A stretch of 64,000 bases of DNA from Candidatus Kapaibacterium sp. (GCA_025455065.1 JALONG010000017.1:4294-68293), one strand, 5' to 3'. Shown: positions 10,161-21,900, counted from the first letter of the stretch. Notes: generated from the sequence alone by a model not told the origin. Numbers and translations are program-made.

Positions 10161-10574
10161 TTACTTGCTTGATTTCATCGCCTTCAACACCTTCAACGCT
10201 GAATCCCCCAAAAACCGCTCATACTCTGGGGTTTCACGTGCAAAAAGGGCAATTTTTCCCTCTGCGTTGTTGTGAACGCCCCAGCCGTAGCGTTTCGTAA
10301 GCGGAGAGGCGCGAAAACACGGCTGCCCTTTGGAGAAAAATTGCTCCCGTGCTGATGCTATCTCGCTTGGCGCAAGCCCGTTCTTTTCGGCAAAGACCTG
10401 AAACAGCACATCATCGGATGTGTATTTGTAGGGATTGTTACTTATCATTTCAAATTGGATATTTGCCTGAGAGCGCGTATTTCCTTTTGTTGGGGGGATT
10501 TCCGCTTTCGGTGTTGAGCAATCATCAGCAACAGCGATGAAGGTGTTGGTGTAGTTTGTAGAGTGAGTTTTCAT
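10161..10574 (-). CDS. conserved hypothetical protein (DUF6157-like)
   Basis: 137-aa ORF (MKTHSTNYTNTFIAVADDC...GQPCFRASPLTKRYGWG). The family name is recalled from memory. Confidence 0.45.
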   Translation of the reverse strand: MKTHSTNYTNTFIAVADDCSTPKAEIPPTKGNTRSQANIQFEMISNNPYKYTSDDVLFQVFAEKNGLAPSEIASAREQFFSKGQPCFRASPLTKRYGWGVHNNAEGKIALFARETPEYERFLGDSALKVLKAMKSSK

Positions 10575-10619
10575 GGAAATTGCCAAAAAAAATTGTGGAT
10601 CAAATTGACCAAAAGAACA

Positions 10620-11414
10620 TTATTTGAAAATGAACATTTTTACAACTCTTGATTTCATCGTCCTTTTTTCATCAATTTTGTGATTGACTTTCACCCAATA
10701 ATGAGGTTCATTTTTCAATGCCCAAACTTCTGTAAAGCGCCCATTCTTGCTGGTTATATTCATCCTATACGTGCTAACCTTTTTACCGTCTATTTCCAAT
10801 GTTTCCACACCAATCACCTTTAATTCTGTGAGGGCAACTTGTCCTGTTTTAGGCGCTGCGCCCGACCATCGGTCTAACTCATAATACTGAATATGATAGT
10901 TTTCTGACAGTGGCAGACTTCCAAGAAAAATGGAGGAACCAGGTCCTTCGGGAGCGATAAAATCTGGTATCTTGATTGAGTATGCAACGGAATCCGACGG
11001 TCTTTTGATAGAGATATGAGCCGAATCTTTGTCTATGTCTATCGCATAATTTGTAAATCCCGCATGGTACATCTGACTTTTAATCGTCTTCAATCCTTTC
11101 TCGTTAATGAGGTAGTAATCAAAACCATTTCCCGAAGAATCATCAAGAATCGGGCTTCTATGAACAACATTCCAATAAAAATTACCCGAATCCCGGGAAG
11201 GATAGATTGTTTCAATGGTGAGGTATTCAGGATCACCAAAATCCCAATACAATATCGCAGGCTTTAAATTTTTTGTCTTCAGGGTTCGTGCGTCTAAGAT
11301 TTTCTGAGCGTACCCCACCTCTTGGAATACGAAAAACGAAATGAGAATACCGATGATGCAAATTAGTTTGTTTTTCACGATATTGTAAATGTGGATGTAA
11401 ACAAGAATCTCCAT
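10620..11414 (-). CDS. secreted hypothetical protein
   Basis: AT-rich ORF with an N-terminal hydrophobic signal (LICIIGILISFFVFQEVGYAQ). No motif recognised. Confidence 0.45.
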   Translation of the reverse strand: MEILVYIHIYNIVKNKLICIIGILISFFVFQEVGYAQKILDARTLKTKNLKPAILYWDFGDPEYLTIETIYPSRDSGNFYWNVVHRSPILDDSSGNGFDYYLINEKGLKTIKSQMYHAGFTNYAIDIDKDSAHISIKRPSDSVAYSIKIPDFIAPEGPGSSIFLGSLPLSENYHIQYYELDRWSGAAPKTGQVALTELKVIGVETLEIDGKKVSTYRMNITSKNGRFTEVWALKNEPHYWVKVNHKIDEKRTMKSRVVKMFIFK

Positions 11415-11470
11415 GCTTTTGCGGAGTGTGATTTCGTGAGGGCTTCCAACCATAAAGTGTGCTTTAATTA

Positions 11471-11893
11471 TTATTGCTGCTCATATCGTTTCTTCAGTCC
11501 CTCTGCCTCCATTGCCATATACTGCTCGGTAAGTTTTCCCGTGAGTAGCTTCACTAATGGCGCAATGAAGCCTTCCATGCGGATTCCAAGCGTTATAGGA
11601 CATCCATCGCTCGTTGTTTTCAAAATGTGTGTTGCTTCGATTCTCAATCCGGGGTTGCTCGTAACCCACATAAAATTGAGGTTTTCAGCCCATTCGGTGA
11701 TTACCCAAACAGCAGGGCGGAGTTTTGGTTGGCGAATACGAACTTGCGTCCCTGTGCCTAGCGGCGGCTTGTTAAGGGGTTCAATGCTTTCAATAGATGC
11801 CGTCCATTCTGCCCACGCGGTAACGTCTGCAAGGACTGACCAAACCTTGCTCACATCGGCGTTGATAGTGATTTCTTGGGTAAAGGTGTTCAT
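11471..11893 (-). CDS. SRPBCC (polyketide cyclase/dehydrase-like) family protein
   Basis: MNTFTQEITINADVSKVWSVLADVTAWAEW is a typical SRPBCC N-terminus. Internal ATG at 11893. Confidence 0.7.
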   Translation of the reverse strand: MNTFTQEITINADVSKVWSVLADVTAWAEWTASIESIEPLNKPPLGTGTQVRIRQPKLRPAVWVITEWAENLNFMWVTSNPGLRIEATHILKTTSDGCPITLGIRMEGFIAPLVKLLTGKLTEQYMAMEAEGLKKRYEQQ

Positions 11894-11916
11894 TGTTTTT
11901 GATAAATGGTGAATGA

Positions 11917-12390
11917 TTACAAACATGATTTTTGCATAATCACAATATCCTTCTCCCCCGCCTGAAGCCTCTCCAATGCTTGCCACCCGAGCCGCTCATA
12001 CAAACGCTCTGCCGTGTAGGTGAAGAGATACAACTCCTGCACACCCAGCATTTGTGCGTGTTGCTCAATATGTCTGCAAATCACAGCACCCATGCCCTTT
12101 CCACGCAATTCCGGCAGAGAATATACTAATGCAAGCCAGTGTTTGTGCGTAGTAAATCTCGGTTCTTTGTCTAAAAGCGAAACGTGATTATAGACACCAC
12201 CCGTTGCAATCGGCTTTCCGCCTTGCATTGCGACGATTTGGAACTCTCCTGTTTTGCCGGAAAGGTTAGCGAGCCGAATAATTGTCGTGCTTTCGAGGAT
12301 GTTCCATTCTTCACGATACCATTGGGCAATCGTCCGAAGAAGCGCATCATCACTTGCTTGCAGGACGTGGAAGGAAATATCATTCATCAT
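11917..12390 (-). CDS. GNAT family N-acetyltransferase
   Basis: RGKGMGAVICRHIEQHA acetyl-CoA (R/Q-x-x-G-x-G/A) motif. The start overlaps the stop of the upstream reductase gene. Confidence 0.75.
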   Translation of the reverse strand: MMNDISFHVLQASDDALLRTIAQWYREEWNILESTTIIRLANLSGKTGEFQIVAMQGGKPIATGGVYNHVSLLDKEPRFTTHKHWLALVYSLPELRGKGMGAVICRHIEQHAQMLGVQELYLFTYTAERLYERLGWQALERLQAGEKDIVIMQKSCL

Positions 12391-12928
12391 TTTTTTGTGC
12401 TGTTTGAACAAAATGGAGGAAGTTTTTTGCAAATATTTCAACGCGCTCTTTCGTCTCCGCGTCAGTAATTACGCCACTTTGCGAAAATTTTCCCTTCACG
12501 CCTTGAATAAGCAATGTTGTTTCTTCGCTGAATGCCGCACCAACTGTGCGCATGATGAGTTTCAATTCTTCATGCCCTTTTTCGCCCGACGCAGAAGCCG
12601 TTATCAAGCCCACAGGCTTTTTGTTAAAAATGACCGTTGAAACACACCATTCAATGAGGTTTTTGAGACCGCTCGGAATACTGAACACATATTCCGGTGT
12701 GCATATCAGCACTCCGTGAGCCTCTTCAATCCTTGTGCGGAGGTCGAGAATGTGTTGGGGGGTATTTTCAACAGAGAGTTCAGGATTGAAGTGCGGGAGG
12801 TTTGCAAGCGGCAGAAGTATTTCCCACGAACATTCAGTATTCGTGAGGCTTGCAAGGTATTGTACAAGGATGTGATTGGAAGAATTGGCGCTTGCGCTTC
12901 CGACGATAGCAATGATGCGGTGTTTCAT
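12380..12928 (-). CDS. NAD(P)H-dependent FMN reductase family oxidoreductase
   Basis: MKHRIIAIVGSASANSSN flavodoxin-like N-terminus and a TPEYVFSIPSGLKN block. Confidence 0.75.
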   Translation of the reverse strand: MKHRIIAIVGSASANSSNHILVQYLASLTNTECSWEILLPLANLPHFNPELSVENTPQHILDLRTRIEEAHGVLICTPEYVFSIPSGLKNLIEWCVSTVIFNKKPVGLITASASGEKGHEELKLIMRTVGAAFSEETTLLIQGVKGKFSQSGVITDAETKERVEIFAKNFLHFVQTAQKNDE

Positions 12929-13018
12929 GGTCCCCATAAAACGCGATGAACAAATACTGAAAAAATCTTATCGCAAGTCATACGCAATTATCGCTCCAAT
13001 GTTACAACAACCACAATG

Positions 13019-13056
13019 TAAAAAAAATGGCTTACAACCGATGATTGTAAGCCATT
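13019..13056 (-). terminator. intrinsic terminator downstream of the heme lipoprotein gene
   Basis: 11-bp stem ATGGCTTACAA / TTGTAAGCCAT followed on the minus strand by a run of 7 or more T. Confidence 0.75.
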
Positions 13057-13074
13057 TTTCAAATTCATAACACC

Positions 13075-13626
13075 TTACGGTACACTAACGTTCATAAGCG
13101 TACGGTCAATATGTCCGGCTATGCTATGGCAAGCGATACAGCCGTTTCCTTTGCTCGTGAGCGGATGCCGCTCTGCGCCTGTTGCCGAAACATAGCCCCA
13201 CACCCAACCGTCGGGGTCGGCATTAGGGTCTGCTTTGCGCTTAATGAGGAGCGCATATCCGTTCACGCTGCGGTCAGTATTGATGAGTTCTTTGGTGATA
13301 ATCGAACCTTCGGCAAAAACTGCACCAGCTTTCACTTTACCGGTTGCATCCAGCATCATTGCTGCTGTGGCGTTGTAACGTGTACGCAAAAACGGCTCAG
13401 AGTGTGCAGATTTCGCCGTTTTCCCAATAAAGGCATCTGATTTTTTATACCACGTATAACCGCTTGTTTGCTTGGCGGTCTCGAAAATTTGGGCAATCGT
13501 TACATTGCCGGATGTCGCAGTGATACCTGTGGTACCGGTGCTGTTATTAGGCATTTCACAGGACAACAATAATGTTATTGCGCTCAAAACACATACTCCA
13601 AGCGCTGTCTGAAAGAATGTTTTCAT
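13075..13626 (-). CDS. c-type heme lipoprotein, cytochrome P460-like
   Basis: Lipobox LLLSC and a single C-terminal CXXCH (GNGCIACHS). Size and heme-motif position fit the P460/c'-beta family; the family call is from memory. Confidence 0.5.
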   Translation of the reverse strand: MKTFFQTALGVCVLSAITLLLSCEMPNNSTGTTGITATSGNVTIAQIFETAKQTSGYTWYKKSDAFIGKTAKSAHSEPFLRTRYNATAAMMLDATGKVKAGAVFAEGSIITKELINTDRSVNGYALLIKRKADPNADPDGWVWGYVSATGAERHPLTSKGNGCIACHSIAGHIDRTLMNVSVP

Positions 13627-13660
13627 TGCACTACTATAAATTTGGTAAAAAGAGAAATAC

Positions 13661-14131
13661 TTATTTATTGCTTGTAGCTAGAGTTTTCCAAGCCTTATCG
13701 CCTTTGGCTATTGTACCTGAAAGAGGCTCTTTTTCCCATGCAGTTTGGGTTTGCAGGTTGTAATTCAAATACAGTTTTCCTTCGACAATTTTCCAAGCTA
13801 GTGGATCAGTCGGATACTTTGCATTTTTCATGCACACGCCAAAAGCACAAAATCCACCATATTGTGGAGCATACTTTTCCGGTGCAGCTTTGAATAAATC
13901 ACGGTGTTGGGCGCTTGAGAAATGCCATGTTGCGCCGTTCCATTCATGTGCAAATTCACTCTTACCCTGCATCGGCTTATTTTCTGAAAAATAAGCAACA
14001 ACATCATAACCTTTTACCGCAATACCTTTGTTATCGGCAAAAACGCTTTGTGCCTGTAGATTCATTGCTGCAACAAGAAATGCAATAACGCCAACAGTCA
14101 GCCGGGAGGCAGACCAATACGAGGTTTTCAT
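13661..14131 (-). CDS. YHS domain-containing protein (secreted)
   Basis: Signal peptide, then GYDVVAYF...WHFSSAQHRDLFKAAPEKYAPQYGGFCAFG, typical of the YHS (seleno)protein family. This copy has Cys, not Sec. Confidence 0.7.
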   Translation of the reverse strand: MKTSYWSASRLTVGVIAFLVAAMNLQAQSVFADNKGIAVKGYDVVAYFSENKPMQGKSEFAHEWNGATWHFSSAQHRDLFKAAPEKYAPQYGGFCAFGVCMKNAKYPTDPLAWKIVEGKLYLNYNLQTQTAWEKEPLSGTIAKGDKAWKTLATSNK

Positions 14132-14208
14132 GGAATTAACTCTAAAGAAAAAAGAAAATACTTGGTGGATAACAGCACAAAAATACGTTTTCCTATAGAA
14201 GAAAAATG

Positions 14209-14883
14209 TCAGGCAGCGAACATTTCACGTTTTTTCACAATAATTTCCCCACGCTTGAAATCAAGCGCCCCGGAAGCACGAAGGTCGTTAAAAATCAGGT
14301 TAAGTGTTGGGCGTGCTATTCCAATCAAATCAGCGATATTTTGTTGGGTGTAAATATGCCGTACAAGCAGCCTATCGCCTTGCTCACGGGCATTTTCCTT
14401 TGCTAAATCTTTGATAAATTCTTTGAGGCGCGTTTCGGCATCTTTGAACAGGAGAATTTCCATACGGCGCTCGATTTTACGAAGTTTCCAGCCGATAAGT
14501 TTCCGAATCCCCAAGGCAAAATCTTTGTAGTCCCGCATGAGGGTATTGAGCGTTTCTGCGCTCATTGGGCAGAGCGTAGTGCCTTGCTCCAACGAAACGG
14601 CACATTCCATGCGCTTTTCTTCACCGAACAGCACCATTTCACCAAACAGTTCCCCCTTCCCCAAGATAGCTTTGATGCGCTCTTCGCCACTTTCGCCCAC
14701 AGCCGTAATTTTCACTTTTCCATTTGCGATTAAATAGACCGTTTGCGCTGAATCATCCTCCCAATAAATTACCTCGCCTTTGGAATATTCCTTGAACGTG
14801 TGATTAGCACTGTATTCCGCAAACTTATGTGGACACAGCATCTCAAACATATCAACATTTTCGATATACCAAACGGCAGACAT
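14209..14883 (-). CDS. Crp/Fnr family transcriptional regulator
   Basis: cNMP-binding beta-roll (GELFGEMVLFGEE) plus a C-terminal HTH (TQQNIADLIGIARPTLNLIFNDL). Confidence 0.85.
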   Translation of the reverse strand: MSAVWYIENVDMFEMLCPHKFAEYSANHTFKEYSKGEVIYWEDDSAQTVYLIANGKVKITAVGESGEERIKAILGKGELFGEMVLFGEEKRMECAVSLEQGTTLCPMSAETLNTLMRDYKDFALGIRKLIGWKLRKIERRMEILLFKDAETRLKEFIKDLAKENAREQGDRLLVRHIYTQQNIADLIGIARPTLNLIFNDLRASGALDFKRGEIIVKKREMFAA

Positions 14884-15122
14884 GGTGAAGGGATAAGGAA
14901 TGAGGGAAAAAGGATACGGGAAAACAGAACAATAAAGAGTGAGAAAGGGCTTTGGTGCTGGGTTTTGCGGTTAGGCGCAGTCGAAATTTACAAAACAAAT
15001 CACAAACTATGCACTTTTTTGTTTTGAAAGTGCAAAAAAGCAAGTATCTTAGGCATCAACCGTTTACAACTCAACTATTTATTTTGCAAGTCACAATTTC
15101 TTTCATCAATGTTGTTACATTT

Positions 15123-15509
15123 ATGCCTCACATTATCCTCGAACACTCAAAAAACATCGTCGAAAGCACAGATTTTACGGCACTTTTCCGCCAAATTCAT
15201 GAAAAAATGATGGAGTTTGGCGTGTTTAACCAAGACGACCTGAAAAGCCGTGCCTACGTATGCGATAATTACTTCATAGCCGACGGGAAGCCGCACCACG
15301 CCTTTGTTCACGTCGAGGTCGGCATTTTGTCGGGGCGTAGCCTTGAAATGCGTGATAAATTGAGCGCTGAAATCACCGACATCCTCAAAAATACCTTCCA
15401 AGACTCGCTCCATGAAAGGCACTGCATAGTGAGTTTAGAACTCCGCGAACTTGACCGTGAGACATACCGAAAAGTCATCTCTGCTCATGCTTCCACGTCG
15501 GGGATGTAA
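15123..15509 (+). CDS. 5-carboxymethyl-2-hydroxymuconate isomerase-like tautomerase
   Basis: MPHIILEHS N-terminus (catalytic Pro after Met) and an overall CHMI-like sequence. ATG at 15123 within ORF 14952..15509. Confidence 0.7.
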   Translation: MPHIILEHSKNIVESTDFTALFRQIHEKMMEFGVFNQDDLKSRAYVCDNYFIADGKPHHAFVHVEVGILSGRSLEMRDKLSAEITDILKNTFQDSLHERHCIVSLELRELDRETYRKVISAHASTSGM

Positions 15510-15514
15510 GGAAA

Positions 15515-15612
15515 GTCATTGGTTAATTGGTCATTAGTCATTGGTTAATTGGTCATTGGTTCAACGCTGATAACGACTAATGCACTAATGACTAATGCAC
15601 CAATGACCAATC
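15515..15612. repeat. compound heptamer repeat / imperfect palindrome filling a convergent intergenic gap
   Basis: The left arm is built from GTCATTG / GTCATTA / GTTAATTG units. The right arm is built from the complementary ACTAATG / ACCAATG units. It includes a perfect 13-bp inverted repeat ATTGGTCATTGGT / ACCAATGACCAAT. Confidence 0.7.
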
Positions 15613-15630
15613 AACTCATGCGCCAAGTGA

Positions 15631-15897
15631 CTACCCCCGCCGCAAAAACATCATCACAGCAACATGAACGACCGTTGCAATCATCAAAACAACAGCAAAC
15701 ACGGGCTTTTGCGTTTTGTGCCGAAAAAGCAAACGCCCAAGCCATCCGCCTAAAAAACCGCCCAATAATGCGCATAAATGTAGGGTTCGTTCCGGTACGC
15801 GCTGGGCAGAACGCTGTGCTTGCCATTTGTCGAAGCCGTAGAGTGAAAAAGTTACGAAACTTGAGGTGGCAAGCCAGAGAAGATAGTATTGTTCCAT
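15631..15897 (-). CDS. DUF1294 domain-containing membrane protein
   Basis: YGFDKWQAQRSAQRVPERTLHLCALLGGFLGGWLG is the DUF1294 signature. Confidence 0.75.
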   Translation of the reverse strand: MEQYYLLWLATSSFVTFSLYGFDKWQAQRSAQRVPERTLHLCALLGGFLGGWLGRLLFRHKTQKPVFAVVLMIATVVHVAVMMFLRRG

Positions 15898-15930
15898 AGT
15901 TAGGGGTTTGTTGTGGTATTACGAAAAATG

Positions 15931-18900
15931 TTATCGAATCACGTGCAGACGTTCTTGTATCACACTTTCGGAGTTTTTCAATCGCACCAAATATACACCG
16001 CTTGGCAGCGATTGTAAACTCCAATCGTTGGTGTATGTGCCTTCATTGTACTGACCTTCAGCAAGCCGCATAAGCACTGTACCTTGAAGCGTTACAAGTT
16101 CCAACGTCAGATATTCCGCGCTTGGCACGGTGAATCGTACGGTGAGTTTTTCTCCCGATGGGTTTGGGAAAATAGAAAGTGCTTTCATCGTCGGTGAGCC
16201 TATAAGCCTCTTCCCACCTGCCTTTGACACGCCCGCAGCGAAATACTGCGGCAATGTATCCGACCGAACAATGACTTGCGAAACTGTACCACCACTAAGT
16301 TGGCTGCGCGTAGTGTCCCAAACAAAGCGCGTAATTTTTAGTGCAGAAGTATCCGTATTGCCAGCTACAACGCGGCATCGAAAGCGTACCAGCGTGGAAT
16401 CAAGCCGTCCTTGCATATCGGGTACCCAGCGAGTCGGAGTAAAGGTATAACTTGCAATATCACCAGTAACAGCCCCTTGTGTCAGTTGCGTTTCGTCATT
16501 TGCAGGTATCAATACTTGCCGATTCATCGTTATGTCGCCTGTAAATGCCGCCGATGAGGGCGTTGCACGTTGCAGTGTACCCAATGCAAACTGCGAACGC
16601 TCCTGAACCGTGCCTTGCGTGGAGCGCTCCAAAATTGCTTTGGTGTCGAGCGCGGCAATTTTTACAAGAATCGTGACAATACCGCCCGGCACAACCCCTT
16701 GCTGCTCCGCGCTTATTCTCGGCAACAGCACAATGTCGTTGGAATCCGGTGGGCGCACCCGCACGAAGGTTGGAATTGTCAGCGTATCGGAGAAAGTTCC
16801 TACTTGAGCGACAAACTGCACCGAACCTCGCACGGAATCTCGCTGTGAACGTGGTTTCACCGTACAGTTGAGCGTAAACACCGCCTGCTGTGCGGCTTGT
16901 AGCGAAATGGCATTAGTGAAAACGTCGTTAAAACCAAAAGTTGCTATTTCCGTATTTTCTGAACGGGCAATTACTCGCGGCACGAGTGTTAATGCGCTTG
17001 TGCCGATGTTGGTCAGTTGTACGGATTCTGTTTTGGACAACCCCGCCGTTACCGTTCCAAAATCCAATTCCTCCCCGACAAACCCCAGCACTCCGCCACG
17101 CGCCGTTAGTGCGTTTGTGAAGGTAACATCCGTAGGCGGCACTGCTCCTGCAGAAGCAATAGTATAACCCACAACAACGTTTGCAACCTGTTCCCCGACA
17201 GCCCTTGGAACAAAGCGCACTCTGAAGGAAATTGTACTGTCAGCCTCAAGTGTTTGAGCGCTCGTGAAGCCACTGACGGTAAATTGTCCGCCTGTCTGCG
17301 TTGTCGGTTCTGAAAGTCTCACGGAGTGAATAATGATGCGGGTTCCACTCAAATTTTGAATCGTAACGGAGCGCTCGACACTGCGTTGAAGCAGCACTCG
17401 CCCGAAGTTTAGTGATTCCACATTCAGTGTTTGACCTTCGGGAAGCGTTGTAAAACGCCCCACATCCGACCATGCACCCGGCAGTCCTTCGCTGACGGCT
17501 CTGACACGCCAAAAATAGGTTGTTAAAAATTGCAACGCTTGAGTGTTAACCAGCGTTAAACGCGACCGAAAAGGGTCATTAGATGTAAGGCGCACCGTTG
17601 CTGCGCTGGCAAAATCTTGTTGCTGTGAAAATTCAATTTCGTAGAGGCTCGTAAATGCTGTGGTAGTCCACACAAACGTAGGAATGATGCTAACATTTTG
17701 CGCCAGTGCCTGCGGTTGCAGCAATAGCGGGCGCTCGGACGGTGCTTGTGGCGGAAGGGCGCGAATACGGATATTTTGCCGAATAAGCGTCAGTTCTCTG
17801 GCAACGCGATTACGCACAAAACACGTGTAATCGCCCGTATCTGCCCTTGCAAAACGCTCTACAAGCAGCACCGAATCTGTTGCGCCGACAATCACCCTCC
17901 CGGCTCTGTACCACTGATAATCGTTAAACAAACCGCCAACTGTGGAAGAAAACCGCAAACGACTAAATACTCGAACAGTAGTGTCAATGCGGCTCAGAAC
18001 GCTGTCTTGCGGAGAATAGACCGCCGCACGAACACTCGAAAAATTCCGTTCCAAACTTTCAAAAGTGAGTGCATTCCCCGCGACATTCACCGAATCCAGC
18101 GCTATACCGCTTGTGCGGCGCAGTTGGGGAAGCGCAGTGAGACGATTATTAGCAAGAGAAATACGCTGCAAGGCGCTTATTTGCTGGATGGAATCGCTCA
18201 TTGACGTAAACGTATTGCTGTCCAGCCACATTGTGGTCAGAGCGCTTAAACGCCCGATTTCAAGCGGTATTGCGCCCGAAAAGCGGTTATTTCTGAGCGA
18301 CAGCGTTTGTAATTGACGCAAATTCCCCCAAAATGTTGGTAATGCTCCCGAAAGCTGATTCCTACTGCAATCCAGCGTTTGAAGCTGTGTCAGGTTTCCA
18401 AATGATAATGGCAAATTTCCTGTGAGTTGGTTCTGAGAAAGCTGCACCGTGCGTAAAGCGCGACAATCGCCCAAACTCGACGGAATCAAGCCCGTGAGCC
18501 GATTGCGGCTAAGGTCGAGACGCTGCAAATTAGGAACGGCTTGGAGTGTAGCTTGTTTACCGTTATCCGCCAAAAGCCTTACTGTTGCTTGCGTTCCAAG
18601 CGTTTGCGGGATTGTCCCCGTCAGTCCGTTTCCTGCAAGCAAAAGTTCTCTGAGCGCAGTCATAGAACCGATTGCAGCAGGAATCGAATCCGCAAGAAGG
18701 TTTTGACTTGCATCGAAAATTTCGACGCGCTGCAAATTCCCCAAACACGGCGGTAATACGCCCGAAAAGCCGTTAGAATCAAGCCGCACCTCACGAAGAT
18801 TCACAGCATTACAAAGCCCTCGCGGAATGTCGCCAACAAAACGGTTCTGCCCTATGTCAAAAACTTGCAAATTAGCATTGGTGGCGAGTTGAGGGAATGC

Positions 18901-21900
18901 CCCCGAAAAGCCGTTTCTGCGAAGCCGTATCACTTCCAGCGCAGACATCGTTCCAATCGAGCTTGGCACGGAGCCGCTAAGTTGATTCCCCGACAAATCC
19001 AACACTTTTAATGCTGAAAGTTCTGCCACAAACAAGGGTAATGCGCCCAAAAGCGCATTATTACTCAATTCCAAACTCGTAACGCGCCCTTGCTCTACGC
19101 GCACACCTGACCACGACGACAAAGGACGCTCCGTAAGCCAATTCCGTTCGATAGCCCATGCGCCGCCACCGGTAACATTGTATAGCCGTACAAGCACTAT
19201 AGAATCACGCTGAAGCGGGGTTAAATTTTCACCGCCTGAGTTCGGCAGAATAAATCGAAAGTCCAGAACCGACGTAGCGATGCCGTTTGGCGTTGTAATG
19301 CGGATTGACCCGCTCGTTGCTCCCGTTGGGACAATCGCTGCAACGACGGTTGCAGAAATCACACGGAATGAAGCTGCTGTTACTCCGGCAAACGTAACAT
19401 TGTTTGCTGCGGCAAGATTTTGCCCCGAAATAAACACCTCCGTACCCGCTTCACCACTGGGCGGAGTAAAGGAAATAATGCTTGGAGGCGGTCCGGCAGA
19501 AATAATGACTTGAAACGATTGTGTGCTTTGTGCCAGACCTTGCAACGTACTGACGCGAATAGTCCCCGAAGTCGCATTATTACTGAGCGTGGCGATAATT
19601 CGCGTGTCGTTTGCAACGGAAAAACTTGCCACCGAACCCCCACCAATGCTGACATTTGTCACATTCACAAACTCCGTTCCGGTAATTTCCACCGTTGCGC
19701 CTGTTGCGCCCGAACTTGGGGTAAATGCTGTGATTGTGGGTGGTCTGAGGAATCGAAAATCCTGCTGCGATTGCACAGAACCACCAGCCGCCACAAGGGA
19801 AATTTTTCCGCTTGCTCCAGCGGCAACCCTTGCCAATACTAGGCTCGGAGACATTGTGCGAATACTGTCGGCGGGAACACCGCCAAATTGAACACTGCTC
19901 ACGCTCACCAAATTTGCGCCTGTTATCTGCACCCAAGCACCGGAGCCTGCTGCGGAGGTGAATGACGTTATCTGAGGCGGCAGGACATATTGAAAAAGAT
20001 TCGGCGTTTTGGAAGTATCGCGCCCCGCCCTTGCAAAGACAATGATAGCATTGGTGCTGTTCACAAGCCCGGTCGGCATTTGTGCGGACAAAGCGCTCGT
20101 GGAAGTAACCATGAGGCTTTGCAATCGCACCCCGCCAAATCGCACGGAATCTACTTGGATGAAATTTTTGCCGAACACATTCACAACTGTTCCCGCACCG
20201 CCGACACGCGGAACAATGCTGTCTATTTTGGGAGGTGGAATATAGGTAAACACTTGGCTTGAGGAGGCTTGCCCTGCGGCAGCAAAAATTGAAACAACTC
20301 CCGAAAGCGGCGTTGTACTGAGGACAATGCGCACTTGTGTTTGCGAAGCCGAGGACAGTACCGTGCCGTTAGCGCCCGTCAGCACTTGCCCACCGATACG
20401 TACGCTGTCAATAAGTTGAAAATTATTACCGTTCACCGTGATTGTATCGCCCGCCGTTCCTTGCGTTGGGACGATAGATGTAATTATCGGCGCACCAAAA
20501 AAGGTAAATATCGTTGCGGAAGTAACAGTACCGCCCGGCGTAGTAACATTCACATTTCCCGTTGCACCGGGACCAACATCCACAAACAACTGTGTTGGCG
20601 AGACAATATCAACATTTGTTCCCGGAACTCCTCCAAAACGCACCGTTACAGGTGCAATAAAGTTTGAACCCAGCACTTGCACCGTAGCGCCGGACGTACC
20701 TTGTTGTGGAGTGAACGAAGTTATTGTAGGCGGTTGGACAAATTGAAACACTCCTGCGGAATTTCCCGAACCAGCCATAGCTGTTACGGCAACAAGCCCT
20801 GTTCCACCTCCTGCGGCAACTTGCGCACGAATTTCCGTAGGTGAAATCACCATAAAACTTTGCGCCGGAATGCCTCCAAAGCGGACATTTCCGACGTTCA
20901 CAAAATTCGCTCCTGTAATGGTGACAAACGTTCCCCCGCCGCCGATGCTGGGCGCAAACGACGTAACAATCGGTGCTGTGGCATTGGAAGAAATTGTGAT
21001 TTGGAGTTGCACCGGGTCAATCGGCGCACCGGAAGTGCGGTAGAGCGTAACAATGGCTTGCGTTGAACCTCCGGCAAGCGGAGCATTCAGCCAGTTGATA
21101 ACAATCCCGGTTTCGAGGATTGATGCGGTGTTGGTGAAGGTACGCGTGTAATTCACGGCAAACTGCGCATTTCCCCCGGGAGCAGCATCCACGCGCAGCG
21201 CGACACTTGCATCGGTGGAATCAAACTGCCCCGTACGCCGCCGAAAGACGCTATACCTCATGGCAACAGGGTTTCCGGAGTTTACAAGGGCAGGAAAACC
21301 CGTTGTCGCTGTGCTAGAGCTGTTTGAAAAAGCAAGCACAAGCGGATGAATTTGTGCCGAAACAGGAAATGTGCTTCCAAATCCGTAATTGTCCCCAAAT
21401 TGCAAGGTGTATGTCGCGTTCGTGATTAAAGTCGCCGTAGGCTGTAACGTGTTGGTGTTGGTGAGGTTGGTTGTTGGAGACCATTGAGCAATAAATGGGG
21501 ATGTCCCACCAAAAAAAGACGGAGCGGTAAAACGAGTTGGCTTGTTAAAGCTGACAAATTGGGTATTAACATTGATGACAGGCGAAAATTCGACAACAAT
21601 GCTGGCTGTTGTCTGTGACGGAATATTGTCACTAACACTATGAATGACAGTATCGCGGACATCAGGAATGATATTTCCAATTGGTGTGTAGGAAATACTT
21701 CCTGACCCACCTAAGTTCACAGTAGCGCAAGTTGATCCACCATTTGCTCCAATAAGGGAATAGGTAAGAGAACCAGTGCCAATTTTTGTTGCTGTCAGTT
21801 GCCCGGTTGATGTTACCGTTGGAGCAACGATAACATTTGATGTTGTCGAGGCATCCATCCATATCGGGGTATTGATTAGTGATGCCGTATTTTCCTGAGT

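Noticed and set aside
15515-15612. Heptamer repeats considered as a mini CRISPR array or tandem-repeat locus.
   Set aside because: The units are 7-8 nt, there are no spacers, and the two halves are mutually complementary. No cas genes are in the window.
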